Source: a virus
Lineage: Duplodnaviria; Heunggongvirae; Uroviricota; Caudoviricetes
Reading direction: 5' to 3' (one strand)
IMG/VR virus record: IMGVR_UViG_3300045988_142058
DNA: 47,591 bases
The notes under the pieces were generated by a model. It worked only from the letters and a program-made list of their open reading frames with translations, searched no databases and was not told where the DNA came from. Positions 9,646-20,515 of this stretch are shown here, in pieces. Numbering within the stretch: position 1 is the stretch's first letter; every line of letters begins with the position of its first letter. The translations under genes and the position numbers were made by a program.

Positions 9646-11109
9646 TTATTCAGAAAACAAGTTCAGCAGATAATCAGGATTATATTCCATGACGAACTCT
9701 ATATCTCTGGCAGGTGAGAATGGTGTCATTTTTACATGGAATTTAACAATCCCGTCCATCAATGACGTAATCGTGTTTTCAGACTGATCAAAGGTAACAA
9801 CACCACCTGCAATATCCTGATTACCTGTGAGGCCGTTAAGCCAAATATTCGCACTTGTAACAATCGATTCAATTAATCGACGGTTTGCAGGATTGTCTAT
9901 TTTTGACCAATGCGAAAGAATTAACGTATTACCCACCCAGTTAAACATACGTCGGCAAACACGAAATGCGTCTTTGGGGTCTGTAGATGTTGGATAAATA
10001 GCATTACGGTTTCCCCATGATTTCCAACCATCAAAATTAAGGCTTGTTACAATCCCCTGTCCATTTAAGTAGTTTGCCTGGCTAATGTTAAGCCATACTT
10101 CACTGCCATCTTTACGTACAGCACCGTCCATCTGTAGTTTTATATTTGACGGAGAACGTGATGGAATATCACCATACTGACTATCCAGCAAGCATGTTGC
10201 GGCCGCTAAATGGGTTGAGTGATGGTAAATATTGTCACCAAGTTTCACCATCGGCCAGCACACTGTCTGGTTAGCGGCCATGTGATTATTGTTCTGTTTC
10301 CATTCAGGAACAGCCGAGTAATCACTGATAGTAGATTTATCGGTCGGCGCATCCGTTATAGCTTCTGCTTTGAACAATTCACTAATCAGCGCGGCTTTAG
10401 CCGCCATTAGCTGACCAACTTCACTATCAGAACTAAATCCAGGTGCAATCACTTGTCCAGGAACTAACTTGAAGCGGGGATACACATCTGACAGTAACTC
10501 AAGCCCTGTATTGGCTTTAGTGTTGGAATCCACACCACCGATAATGTCATTTTTAGTTACGGCACCGGGATCAAGATGCGTATAACTAACCTTAAGAGTA
10601 GCGTCTTTTTCGGTAATTTTTCCTCCGCTAATAGCTGTAATGACCGTATAGCCATTATCATCCAGCGCCAGCACATAATCGGTATCAACCGTTAACCCAG
10701 GCGAATCACCATCTGCTTTTTTCACAACAACAGATTTATATAAGACACCATCGTTAGAGAGCGTACCTTTCCCGCCAGAAAGTTTTACTAACTCATCAGT
10801 AACGTCTTTCTTATGCTTTGCTGGATCAAGCACATTGATAAATACAACTGGCGCAACACCATATATTCCAAATGCGACTTTAATTACTTCGCTTAAAGTA
10901 TATTTCTCGAAGTTTGTGCTATATCCTATTTTAGATACGGCCTCTGCGTATGTATAAGCAATGATAGGTTTATTTACCGCTGAGGCTGGATCTTCTAACT
11001 GATTAACAGGAGCCGTACCAAATGCGACAATCAACCCAGCACTAACTTGCACTGGAGGAGTTATAGATGTAGCCAGCTCAGATATATAAATACCGTGGCG
11101 ATATCCCAT
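9646..11109 (-). CDS. Contractile tail sheath protein
   Basis: 487 aa; size and position (before tube, chaperone, tape measure) typical of sheath. Confidence 0.75.
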   Translation of the reverse strand: MGYRHGIYISELATSITPPVQVSAGLIVAFGTAPVNQLEDPASAVNKPIIAYTYAEAVSKIGYSTNFEKYTLSEVIKVAFGIYGVAPVVFINVLDPAKHKKDVTDELVKLSGGKGTLSNDGVLYKSVVVKKADGDSPGLTVDTDYVLALDDNGYTVITAISGGKITEKDATLKVSYTHLDPGAVTKNDIIGGVDSNTKANTGLELLSDVYPRFKLVPGQVIAPGFSSDSEVGQLMAAKAALISELFKAEAITDAPTDKSTISDYSAVPEWKQNNNHMAANQTVCWPMVKLGDNIYHHSTHLAAATCLLDSQYGDIPSRSPSNIKLQMDGAVRKDGSEVWLNISQANYLNGQGIVTSLNFDGWKSWGNRNAIYPTSTDPKDAFRVCRRMFNWVGNTLILSHWSKIDNPANRRLIESIVTSANIWLNGLTGNQDIAGGVVTFDQSENTITSLMDGIVKFHVKMTPFSPARDIEFVMEYNPDYLLNLFSE

Positions 11110-11399
11110 TATTTAACCTCCATGATAGAAGAAGAAACTCTAGAGTACATTACATACTCGACACTGGTTTTATCAGAAAGTCTTTTCTCTGCATCTGCAA
11201 AATCACTGGTTGCCACAAACAAACACTTTGCACCAGGAATATGTGATATTAATTTTTTACACTCTGGAGATAAGCCATTCTTAAATAATTTATGCTTCAA
11301 AATTGAGAGTTGAGGGATTGTTGGTCCTATATATACAAATGTTTGAGCAACATCTTCCTTCTTTTCTATATCTTCTTTACTACTTTTCTTATTAGCCAT
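11109..11399 (-). CDS. Hypothetical virion protein
   Basis: 96 aa, coupled to sheath gene start. Confidence 0.35.
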   Translation of the reverse strand: MANKKSSKEDIEKKEDVAQTFVYIGPTIPQLSILKHKLFKNGLSPECKKLISHIPGAKCLFVATSDFADAEKRLSDKTSVEYVMYSRVSSSIMEVK

Positions 11400-11885
11400 T
11401 TAGATAAACTCCTGAGACTGAATATTCTGAGGCTTTAATACTAGCCACGTTCCAGTTGCTTCCGTTATCCAATATGGATACGGTTGATCATCAAACATTC
11501 GCCATCTGATATCGCCCTGAAAAAGAAATTTCTCTTCAAGTAAAGGCCTCTCCTGAAAATGAAACATCATCCTTTCAAGAAGAGCCATTACCCATTCATA
11601 TCCAGTATGGTCCTCACAAAAACCACCTAGAAGAAACTTAACCTTAACTTCATCCGTTTCAGGCTGCATTCCTCCTTCCGTGGGCCTGATAATCACATGA
11701 GGAAATTCTGGCGGTTTATCTGGAGATGGTTGTGATTTAGGAGGCAAGTACCCTTTAAATATTGTTGGAACAAACAATTTAATATCGCTGTCTGTTTCAT
11801 CATAAGGAGGTCCCTGCACTAATAAATCATGGAAAACCTCATGTTCCAACCGATTTTTTATTGCATCTATCAAAAGATTAATCAA
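11400..11885 (-). CDS. Hypothetical head-tail completion protein
   Basis: 161 aa between capsid and tail modules. Confidence 0.35.
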   Translation of the reverse strand: MINLLIDAIKNRLEHEVFHDLLVQGPPYDETDSDIKLFVPTIFKGYLPPKSQPSPDKPPEFPHVIIRPTEGGMQPETDEVKVKFLLGGFCEDHTGYEWVMALLERMMFHFQERPLLEEKFLFQGDIRWRMFDDQPYPYWITEATGTWLVLKPQNIQSQEFI

Positions 11886-12226
11886 ATCGGCATTCCTCTG
11901 TTAGTATTAACAGTGAGAGTTATTTCCAATACACCAACATTATCTGATACTTCATCAACAATATAATTTTTACCGTTGATTTTCATTGACTGGTCTTTGA
12001 CTGGGAGAACAGGAAAATCTTTTCTTGAAACAAATAATATTATTTGCCCCTGATTTATTCCCTCTGCAAACTCAGCATATGAGCGTTTATTCCGCTCATG
12101 AATAAGGTCTGTATCAATAACGGCAAGGATATCCTTGCCGTCTATGTTATATGTATCGGCAAACTCTTTTTCATTGAGGAATATTGCAGAAATATCTTGC
12201 GCTATAACCTCTTTGAAGGAGTTCAT
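11882..12226 (-). CDS. Hypothetical head-tail connector protein
   Basis: 114 aa; position equivalent to lambda FII region. Confidence 0.35.
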   Translation of the reverse strand: MNSFKEVIAQDISAIFLNEKEFADTYNIDGKDILAVIDTDLIHERNKRSYAEFAEGINQGQIILFVSRKDFPVLPVKDQSMKINGKNYIVDEVSDNVGVLEITLTVNTNRGMPI

Positions 12227-12618
12227 TACTTCTTATCACCTTTTTTTTGCGTTGATTTTTTCGCATTACTGGTATCAGAAGTAGCTACAGATTCAGATGA
12301 ATCATCAGCAACCGTTTCCTCATTGCCGCCATCATCCTCAAACTCAACCTCGAATACACAGCTACCCGCCTCCGTTCGCGTAATCAACCCCGCGTCCACA
12401 GCATCATTAACAGCAGATGCGTATCCATGCTCAAAAGCTAACTTAGCAGCATCATAGCCCCCGGCCGATGCCAAATCCCCATCCTCTTCGGTGGCAATAG
12501 CATGTCCTGACGCAATCAGTTCAGCAATTCTGGAGTTATCCATTAGCCCATTAAGCAAACGGCCCGCTTTTAGCGAGCCGTGGCTTATCGTATCAATATT
12601 TTTAATCAGTCTGGCCAT
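12226..12618 (-). CDS. Hypothetical head protein with acidic C-terminus
   Basis: 130 aa directly after major capsid gene. Confidence 0.35.
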   Translation of the reverse strand: MARLIKNIDTISHGSLKAGRLLNGLMDNSRIAELIASGHAIATEEDGDLASAGGYDAAKLAFEHGYASAVNDAVDAGLITRTEAGSCVFEVEFEDDGGNEETVADDSSESVATSDTSNAKKSTQKKGDKK

Positions 12619-13662
12619 TTAAACCACCTTAGCCACCAGATAGGCATCAGCCACACCTGGATTAGGCAGTGGAGATGACTTCATGGCAACATAACGGCCA
12701 GCCGGCTTACGAGTTACCCAGGTGTCTGGAACTCGCGGTGACTCAACAATCGTTAGAGTCTTTTCGGCGTCATCTACAAGCTCTACAGCACCATACAGCA
12801 TCGTTCCTCGACCAGGAGAGCCAAAGAGGATCTTATCTTCCGGTACTAATGGTTCTGGTTTTCCTGTTTTATCATTGCGAATAAGTTCGTCGTAACCATA
12901 AAAATCGACACCTTCAAGATTGCCATAATGAGTTACGCCTTCTTCTAACTCCTTAGGCTCAATATACCCAAGCTCTTTTCGGCGATTCTCAAGATATTTA
13001 GTTACTGCTTCATTTTTAACGAAGGCATCAACAACTTTTGCGCCCATTACGGCAACACGAGGTGTAAAACCTGAAGTTAGTGATACCCGACGTCTCCAGT
13101 TGCGAACATTAACCAACGGATCTGATTTTGCTGCACTCCATAAATCATCACCTGTCAGTTCAAGATATGGTTTATCTCCTTCCTCTTCAGGCCAAAAATA
13201 AACTGTGTCATCCACTCCTTCACCAACAATATCAACCTGCCCCGTAAACAAGACTTGTGCACACATCCATTCTTCACGGCGGTTAACCATTTCATCAAGC
13301 TCAAGCAAATCTTTACCTAATTGCTCGGCGGCTCGTTCTGCTGGCGATTTTGCGTTGTAAATATTCTCACCCGGAAGCCTGTTTAAAAGCAGCTCGGCTG
13401 TTGTTACCAAATCAGGTGCAACAAGTGGTGGCTCCAGAGTTCTCGTTACAAAGCCGCGTCGCTCAACGGTTTTTGAGCCAAAACCTTTACCAACAAACGG
13501 AGCCATAGTACGGCCACCGCGAACAAAATCCAGATCAACTTTCTTTGTATTAAAGGTCTGAACACCAGGAAAAAAGGTACGAAGAAGAAAACGACGAGCC
13601 TTGAAATTCTGAATAACAGGCTCAAGCATTGTACGTCGTTCAAAAATATCAATATTCGGCAT
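12619..13662 (-). CDS. Major capsid protein, lambda gpE-like
   Basis: 347 aa; N-terminal FxxxRFLLRTFFPGVQTF pattern resembles gpE family; follows decoration-like gene. Confidence 0.7.
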   Translation of the reverse strand: MPNIDIFERRTMLEPVIQNFKARRFLLRTFFPGVQTFNTKKVDLDFVRGGRTMAPFVGKGFGSKTVERRGFVTRTLEPPLVAPDLVTTAELLLNRLPGENIYNAKSPAERAAEQLGKDLLELDEMVNRREEWMCAQVLFTGQVDIVGEGVDDTVYFWPEEEGDKPYLELTGDDLWSAAKSDPLVNVRNWRRRVSLTSGFTPRVAVMGAKVVDAFVKNEAVTKYLENRRKELGYIEPKELEEGVTHYGNLEGVDFYGYDELIRNDKTGKPEPLVPEDKILFGSPGRGTMLYGAVELVDDAEKTLTIVESPRVPDTWVTRKPAGRYVAMKSSPLPNPGVADAYLVAKVV

Positions 13663-13682
13663 AAAAATACGACCTCTTTATA

Positions 13683-14066
13683 TTATGCAGATGGATTTTG
13701 TTGTGCGGTATTAAGGAATATCCCAACCTTCCGGCAAGCCAGATATACATCGGCAATCTTTGCTGATTCAGGAAGGATAACCGCATGTGCATTGAACATT
13801 CCGGTCAGCCATGCTGTTCCAACTTGCGCTGAATCAGTCGCATCAATACTATGTTGAGCGATACAATACGGTTCTTTTGCCACCCCCTCACCAGAGAGAT
13901 TTATTGGTGCCACAGTGACAACATTTGTTGTCTGATCAATACTGACAAAAGCAAGCAACTCACCTCGATTTACTTTACCGCTGGCAAGTTTAATACTTGT
14001 TGTAATTGCTGGCATACCACCAGAAATAATCAGATTATCTGGTTCAAATGAAAAAGACTCTCGCAT
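13683..14066 (-). CDS. Head decoration protein-like
   Basis: 127 aa between protease/scaffold and major capsid, the gpD position. Confidence 0.5.
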   Translation of the reverse strand: MRESFSFEPDNLIISGGMPAITTSIKLASGKVNRGELLAFVSIDQTTNVVTVAPINLSGEGVAKEPYCIAQHSIDATDSAQVGTAWLTGMFNAHAVILPESAKIADVYLACRKVGIFLNTAQQNPSA

Positions 14067-14075
14067 AAACTCACC

Positions 14076-15164
14076 TTAATTTTTATCGCGGTTTTTAAAT
14101 ACTGACCCAATAACATTTTTTACTACTTCAGCTTGTTTATCGCCGTTGTTTTCTGGTTGATTAACATCAACTGAATCATTCACCTCATTTGCGTCTTCTT
14201 GCCGTTGATTAAGAAAGTTTTTGTTACGCGCTCGCTCTGCATTCATAATTTCTAAAGCAAGTTCAGCCGCAGAAATTCCCGTTTTGAACTTTGCATTCTT
14301 AACCAGGTCGTCATGACCTGGAATTACGCTATTCTCGATTGTTTCAATGCGCTCGCGTTCTGATTTAACGCCCTCGTCTTTACCAGCATTAAAAACCTGA
14401 TTGTATAATTCTGGATGTTTATTTTTTAATTCATCAAGAGTCACAACATCGTCCTCATTTTGTTCATTTAATTCAGTAGATAATTCATTTTTATTTTGTG
14501 GCAACTTTGCGAGCGAATCAGGTAATTTTGAAAACCTTGATGCTTCAAAAGTTATTCCATTGAGCGAAAGCATCCCTTCATTTATAGAAGCGGATAAGCG
14601 CATTGGTTTTTCAACTTCGTCAGCAAATCCAAGCTCTACAGCCTCTTCTGCATTTAGCCATGTTTCCTGATCCATTAGTTCAATTAATTTATCCTCAGAA
14701 AGCCCTGTTTTCTCCTTATATGCAGATAAAATACTATCTCGTATCTTATCCATCATCTCAGCAATATCACGTAGTTCATCCGCATCACCAGCAGCAAATG
14801 TCCACGGATTATGGATCATCATCATAGCATTAGATGGGATAACGACTTTATCACCTGCCATTGCAATAATGGTTGCAGCCGATGCAGCAATACCATCAAT
14901 ATAAACAGTAATATTAGCCTTATGACGTTTTAATGAAGAAAGAATAGCTTGAGCAGTAAAAACAGAACCACCATAACTATTAATTTTTACGTTGATAGCA
15001 TTTGATGATATATCCTTTAATTTATTAACTATGTCAGAAGAAGAAACCTCATCAAATTCGCCAATATATCCGTAGATTAAAAGTTCAGCCGGAGAGTCAT
15101 CTTCACCCGTGCTATTTTTTATTTCCCACCAATTAGGCATCATCTGTCTCCATATTTTGTTCAT
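14076..15164 (-). CDS. Prohead protease (ClpP-like) fused to scaffolding domain
   Basis: 362 aa; N-terminal ClpP-like motifs (INSYGGSV, GIAASAA, MMIHNP), charged coiled-coil C-terminal half. Confidence 0.75.
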   Translation of the reverse strand: MNKIWRQMMPNWWEIKNSTGEDDSPAELLIYGYIGEFDEVSSSDIVNKLKDISSNAINVKINSYGGSVFTAQAILSSLKRHKANITVYIDGIAASAATIIAMAGDKVVIPSNAMMMIHNPWTFAAGDADELRDIAEMMDKIRDSILSAYKEKTGLSEDKLIELMDQETWLNAEEAVELGFADEVEKPMRLSASINEGMLSLNGITFEASRFSKLPDSLAKLPQNKNELSTELNEQNEDDVVTLDELKNKHPELYNQVFNAGKDEGVKSERERIETIENSVIPGHDDLVKNAKFKTGISAAELALEIMNAERARNKNFLNQRQEDANEVNDSVDVNQPENNGDKQAEVVKNVIGSVFKNRDKN

Positions 15165-16707
15165 TTACCTCAGAAACAGGAGGCGTAATCAGCCCCAATT
15201 CACGGCGAGCATTCTCTTCTCTGCCACAAATTTGTGCGGTTTCTTCCCAGTTAAGACCTGACATTTCAGCCGCTTCCTTTTCACGGGTAGAGAATGTTTC
15301 CTCAACACGCAGTTTTGCAGCTTTGACTTCTTTAAGGGGATCTAATTGGCCTTGTGATGGGCCATACCATTGAGCGCCACTCCATGCAGCGCGATATTCA
15401 GGCCCATAAAAAAAACCAGGGGCAATAACACGACCTTTAGCAACGGCTTCGGCCAACCATTCCTCATAGATCGGTTGGCAAAATGACTGAACCATCCAGT
15501 CACGTCGCATACGGAACATTTTCCAGGCTTCAAGTAATGCGGCCCTGCTTGCGCTATAACTTGCTGTAAAATGCTTTACCAAGAGTTCGTAAGGGAGTTC
15601 TAAAGCAGCCCCAATTTGACGGCATATGGCGACAACAAAACCATCAAATGCCGTATTTGGTCGCCCGGGATTTGCTGTATCTATCGACTCACCTTCACCC
15701 AAACTTACTATGGAGCCATTCCCCATTTCTTGGGTGTTATCATCATGGTTATCGATCTGCTCGTACTGAGGGATACCCGATTCACCGACTGGTCCATCAG
15801 GAGCGTCTGTTTTAATAAAGACAGTAAACATCCCTGACACAACCGCAGCAACCAATTCAGCATCGGTGTATCGTCCTAACTGCTTCAATGCTTCAATTAC
15901 AGGAGCAAGGACAGGAACGCCACGGCGTTGCCCAGGCCTTTCAAAATCCTGCATGACATGCAGAATATTTCTTCTTCCTGTTTTACTCCCATATGCGGGA
16001 ATACGTTCCCACTTGCGGGTTACAAAACCAGAAGTCCCGGCTGGGTGATGTTTTGCAACCCAGTACGCCACAGGCTCGCTAAATTCACCAACCTCTACGC
16101 CACCGTAAAGATTTGGTATAAAACGATCCTCTGGATTGCAAACACGATCACCTTCAATTAAATAGACGCACAAATCATATATAACACCCTTACGCTTAAT
16201 AACTGGTAGCGCAGCAAATATATCGCCAGATGTTAAAGCAGATATTTGAACCAATGATTGCAATTGTCCAAAAGTACACATTCTTGATGCATCACAATTT
16301 GGAGAATCAGCCCATAATCTAAACTCACGCTCAACATGCTTTTCCCATGCTCGCGCTTCTTCCTGCGTCATCCCCAAGAAATCGGCATCAATGTTCGCAT
16401 TTAGTTTTAAACCGGAACCAACAACGTTTGTCCTGATAGTTTTTATTGCGCCAACCGATAGCGGGTTTCCCATGAAGAGATCACGAGAACGCTCACGCAA
16501 TTTATCTATATTTTTAACAATATCATCATCAGGAGAACCAGCTTTACTAAACCAACCCCTTAATGATTTTTTATGAGTGCTTGCACCATGACGTGAATAT
16601 CCAAGGTTATTAATACCTTCAAGTGCTTCTAACCGTTTTCTTGCCAAAGCTCGATTTAATGCCCTCTGAGGTGAAAACGGCGCAATAACTCGATCAAGAA
16701 TATTCAT
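15133..16707 (-). CDS. Portal protein, lambda gpB-like
   Basis: 524 aa, between gpW-like gene and protease. Confidence 0.8.
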   Translation of the reverse strand: MNILDRVIAPFSPQRALNRALARKRLEALEGINNLGYSRHGASTHKKSLRGWFSKAGSPDDDIVKNIDKLRERSRDLFMGNPLSVGAIKTIRTNVVGSGLKLNANIDADFLGMTQEEARAWEKHVEREFRLWADSPNCDASRMCTFGQLQSLVQISALTSGDIFAALPVIKRKGVIYDLCVYLIEGDRVCNPEDRFIPNLYGGVEVGEFSEPVAYWVAKHHPAGTSGFVTRKWERIPAYGSKTGRRNILHVMQDFERPGQRRGVPVLAPVIEALKQLGRYTDAELVAAVVSGMFTVFIKTDAPDGPVGESGIPQYEQIDNHDDNTQEMGNGSIVSLGEGESIDTANPGRPNTAFDGFVVAICRQIGAALELPYELLVKHFTASYSASRAALLEAWKMFRMRRDWMVQSFCQPIYEEWLAEAVAKGRVIAPGFFYGPEYRAAWSGAQWYGPSQGQLDPLKEVKAAKLRVEETFSTREKEAAEMSGLNWEETAQICGREENARRELGLITPPVSEVNEQNMETDDA

Positions 16708-16943
16708 AAATCTCTTATCACCACTCGTTTAATTCGTGGGCCTCGGCGTATACCTGCTGATAATCTTTCTACTTCATTACGCCAGTAATCCATCTCTTTT
16801 CTGACTTCTGATAAATCCGCACGAGTTAACTGCCGCGTACCAAATTTATATGACTGACCGCCAATAGCAATAGCGCGATATGCTTCCCGCCAGACAGATA
16901 ACATCTCTCTGGCTTCAGTCAGAGAAAATGCTTCATTGTTCAT
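16704..16943 (-). CDS. Head-tail joining protein, gpW-like
   Basis: 79 aa between large terminase and portal. Confidence 0.5.
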   Translation of the reverse strand: MNNEAFSLTEAREMLSVWREAYRAIAIGGQSYKFGTRQLTRADLSEVRKEMDYWRNEVERLSAGIRRGPRIKRVVIRDL

Positions 16944-16954
16944 TTATATTTCCT

Positions 16955-18811
16955 CTATATGGTTACGCCTTTACTTATAACTCTACGGCGTCTTCTACGT
17001 ATACCTGACGAGTTCTGCACATACACATTACCTCGCATTTCCTGTTCGGCAAGCCAGTTAAAATTAGGGTTCAGAATTTCCATCGCGGCAGTTGCATAGT
17101 TACGGCAATCAAGAGGCTCGTTACGCTCGTAGACTTTCACCCACTTTTCTTTTGTCTGCCCATTTTTATATTCAAATATTTTTTTCTCTGATAATAATCC
17201 TTTAAAGTATTCGGTATCATATCCTCTGTCAGAATCTAATGGGAAATGCATATAACCAGGACCAGGATCATGTAGTTTAATTCTTGCCATGATGGTCCCT
17301 TTACCATCATCAACCCCTAAATTAAACAACATAGCACCCACACGGTTATTATTACTTGGCTTTCCTATAAATGGTAAACCTACCCCACCACGCCCCCTGA
17401 TAGAGTATATTCGCCTTGATTCTCTCGGCTTAGTAAAGCGATATACCTCTGTCGTAAAATGCCCACCAGAGTCAATACAAACAGAAGAAATCTGTAATTT
17501 TCGACCGTCACGGAATGACCAGCTACGGAGTAAGTATTCATCAAGTTGTTTCCAGACAACATCTTGTGCGGGATCACCTAGGAATATTTTATATTCTATC
17601 CCCCATGACTCCTTACCTTTTCCCCAACCGACCAATTCACAAACTAAATACGTGTCCTGTACGTCAACACCAGCACTTAACAATAAAACATCATCTGGTA
17701 AAAACTCTTCAAACCTTATTCTGCGTTGCAACAAGTATTCAGGATCTATATCGTCTTTAGCATCCTCTTTCCATGGCTCACCCAGCTTAAGGTTAATAAA
17801 CTCCATTAATCCATTTTTATCGCGGTTTCTGGTTGCTTCCGTAAATTCTTCAACCAGCTCTGACAATGCAACCCACGGGGAGTAAAGACTGTTAATATGA
17901 AAACCAACAATACCTTTAACTCCAGTATGTTCAGCTATCCAAACCCCCTTCGCCAACCAATCAACGTCTGGTTTACCAGATCCGCGCATAATCCCGCCGC
18001 ACTCACAGCACTCATATCTGGCCGTTTCCGGTAACGCCTCACCTGAATCGCTCTTATCCCATCTGACTTGCGACCATTTCATCACCTGCATGGTGCCACA
18101 ACATGGGCAAGGAACATGGTAGTAACGCTGATCGGAGAGCTTAAACCACTTGTGGATTTTGCTCGTTTCCTCCAAAACAGGAGTAGAAACAAAAACTTTC
18201 TTACGATTATGAAAGTTGGTAGTACGCTGAATACCTAGTTTTAGTGGGTCGCCCTCCTGCGTCACACCGTAACGATCAATCTCATCAGCTAACAGTATTC
18301 GAATTGGCCTGGATGCAAGACCTGCTGGGGAATTAGCACCAACAAGTGCTATATATCCACCAGCGTAATGCTTCATACGTATAGTCGTGCTGGACTTTTT
18401 GGCTGCACCGCGCCCCTCTTTCCCTTCATGCAGCTTGTGTTTCAAACCAGGGGAATATTTGAACGTCGGATCAATACGCTCTTTTGAAAAAGCCTCAGCC
18501 GCCTCTACCGTTGGATAAATCATCAACTGAGGAGATGGCTCCTGATCTGCAAAGTAACCCATAACATTTAGCTGTAATTCGGATTTACCAATTTGCGAGC
18601 TACATTGCATCACTACTGTTTCTGTATCAGCGTCACCAATAACATCCATTGGTTCACGCAAATATGGCACTCGGCTTGTACGCCACGGCCCTGGCTCTGG
18701 AGACGTTCCCGGCGCTACATGACGATACTTATCAGCCCATTCGGAAACAGTTAGCCGTGATTTAGGGCGAAGCGCACGGAAAAAAGCGGTGCTCCATACT
18801 GTTTCGCCCAT
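16955..18811 (-). CDS. Terminase large subunit, lambda gpA-like
   Basis: 618 aa; Walker A-like QCSSQIGKSE; C-terminal nuclease-type region. Confidence 0.85.
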   Translation of the reverse strand: MGETVWSTAFFRALRPKSRLTVSEWADKYRHVAPGTSPEPGPWRTSRVPYLREPMDVIGDADTETVVMQCSSQIGKSELQLNVMGYFADQEPSPQLMIYPTVEAAEAFSKERIDPTFKYSPGLKHKLHEGKEGRGAAKKSSTTIRMKHYAGGYIALVGANSPAGLASRPIRILLADEIDRYGVTQEGDPLKLGIQRTTNFHNRKKVFVSTPVLEETSKIHKWFKLSDQRYYHVPCPCCGTMQVMKWSQVRWDKSDSGEALPETARYECCECGGIMRGSGKPDVDWLAKGVWIAEHTGVKGIVGFHINSLYSPWVALSELVEEFTEATRNRDKNGLMEFINLKLGEPWKEDAKDDIDPEYLLQRRIRFEEFLPDDVLLLSAGVDVQDTYLVCELVGWGKGKESWGIEYKIFLGDPAQDVVWKQLDEYLLRSWSFRDGRKLQISSVCIDSGGHFTTEVYRFTKPRESRRIYSIRGRGGVGLPFIGKPSNNNRVGAMLFNLGVDDGKGTIMARIKLHDPGPGYMHFPLDSDRGYDTEYFKGLLSEKKIFEYKNGQTKEKWVKVYERNEPLDCRNYATAAMEILNPNFNWLAEQEMRGNVYVQNSSGIRRRRRRVISKGVTI

Positions 18812-18816
18812 GAGGT

Positions 18817-19368
18817 TTATTCTTCCTGCTTAATAAATCGGGATTCCTGGAGCGCCTGAAGCGCAAAATTAATCTCGTCTTCAATAATGCGTTCGATCTC
18901 CCTGGCTGTTTTGCCTTCACAACGGGGAGCTGCTCTTGGAGCAATACTAAATAAGCGGCTACGCAATTCATTAGCTGCCAGAAATGCATCATCCCTGACC
19001 GCATCTTTAGCGATGAGAGAGCCTTCCTTTTCTTCAAATTCAAGGCGTTTCAGCTTTGCCTGATAAATTTTTTCTGCGGTCTTAGCCTTGTTGAATTGCA
19101 CCGCAACACCGGAAGTACCACCAGCTAATCCGGCATCATCAGCGGGTAACTCTGGTTGTTCCGAAGATATCCCATGCCCTCTTTTTCCATTTTCAGCAGA
19201 TACCTCACGGCCAACCTGTCGGCTCGCTTCATAAGCCGCACTGGCTTTATCAAAATCCAGCTTGCCGCTTTTCAGCACTGGAATGCGACCGGAACGACAG
19301 AGCTTCGTAACCATTGCCGGAGAAATACCTTTCCGGCGGGCAAACTCTGACTTACTGACGATGACCAT
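18817..19368 (-). CDS. Terminase small subunit
   Basis: First ATG at 19368 (track TTG at 19377); N-terminal HTH SKSEFARRKGISPAMVTKL. Confidence 0.6.
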   Translation of the reverse strand: MVIVSKSEFARRKGISPAMVTKLCRSGRIPVLKSGKLDFDKASAAYEASRQVGREVSAENGKRGHGISSEQPELPADDAGLAGGTSGVAVQFNKAKTAEKIYQAKLKRLEFEEKEGSLIAKDAVRDDAFLAANELRSRLFSIAPRAAPRCEGKTAREIERIIEDEINFALQALQESRFIKQEE

Positions 19369-19958
19369 TACTTGCAACCATTAGCAAGATACTGAACAAA
19401 TCCCTCATGCGTTTCATGCGCGTCGTGGTACTGACGATAAACATCCAGCAACAATGCAATTTCCATATCCGTCGCGGGAATACGTTCTTTATCAATAGCC
19501 AGGTACTTAATTTGAACAACAGGGGAAGAATTATCGTCTTCTTCCTGCGGCTGTTCATCGCTTAACATTTCGTCAAGCTCTGCATCATTAAACCCAAGCA
19601 GATCAATATCAAAATCATCATCCATTAACTCTTTGACTTCTTCGGCCAGAAGCTGCATATCCCAGCCAGCATTTAAGGCCAGCTTGTTATCTGCAATCCT
19701 GTACGCCTTCTTCTGTTTTTCAGAAAGGTTACTCAACCGAATCGCCGGAACTTTATCCATTTCCAGAATTTCGGCTGCTGCAAGCCGACCATGCCCCGCA
19801 ATCAGTTCATTCTTTTCATCGATCAGCACAGGATTAGTGAAACCGAACTCACGGATACTGTTCACCAACTGTTCAACCTGCTCATCTGAATGAGTCCGTG
19901 AATTTTTGGCGTATCTGAGCAGCTTACCGACTGGTAAATATTCGATTTTTAGAGCCAT
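19368..19958 (-). CDS. ParB-like nuclease domain protein
   Basis: 196 aa; ParB N-terminal motifs (NPVLIDEKNELIAGHGR, QKKAYRIADN); paralog of 22625..23248. Confidence 0.75.
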   Translation of the reverse strand: MALKIEYLPVGKLLRYAKNSRTHSDEQVEQLVNSIREFGFTNPVLIDEKNELIAGHGRLAAAEILEMDKVPAIRLSNLSEKQKKAYRIADNKLALNAGWDMQLLAEEVKELMDDDFDIDLLGFNDAELDEMLSDEQPQEEDDNSSPVVQIKYLAIDKERIPATDMEIALLLDVYRQYHDAHETHEGFVQYLANGCK

Positions 19959-20515
19959 TTTTTAACCGCCATAACACAACAGGTTAAAGAAAACTGTTTA
20001 ACTTATTGATACTAAAAGAGAAAAATGACGATCTTTTTACTCATAAAAAATCACACAAACCAGCATAATCATCTGATTTTATTAAGTTTTTATAAGTAAA
20101 AAGGATCTTGAGATGGTGTTTTGGTTAAAAGATTGGATGTATTTGCATGATTTATAACGATTTTTATCAGAACAACATCACATTGGTTAAAGATCTGCGC
20201 GTATCTTGATGATCTAAAAGAAAATTTTCTACTTTCTTTTTACCAGCACAAATACAGCAAAAAATCACGTTTTCCCGATATTTTTCAATGAGATGAGTAA
20301 ATTTCTTTTACCGCAACTTTTAACCTAACTTTTTTCACGTTTAGCTAGCCGAACATCGGGGTTCGAATGACCCGCATCCAACGCTTTTGGCCAGAAGGAC
20401 CCAATTCTGCCGGACGATGAAACGATGCTCGTGCTCACCCACAGACAGCCAGCGAGCGACGCTACAGAACACAGTGAATACACCCTGCATAACAACACCA
20501 TCAACCACACGATGA

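Noticed and set aside
17289-17885. 198-aa plus-strand ORF
   Set aside because: Antisense to the large terminase gene; low-complexity Ser/Pro-rich translation.
20356-20374. GGGGTTCGAATGACCC resembling a tRNA T-loop
   Set aside because: No flanking acceptor or anticodon stems can be built; more likely part of the candidate cos region or coincidence.
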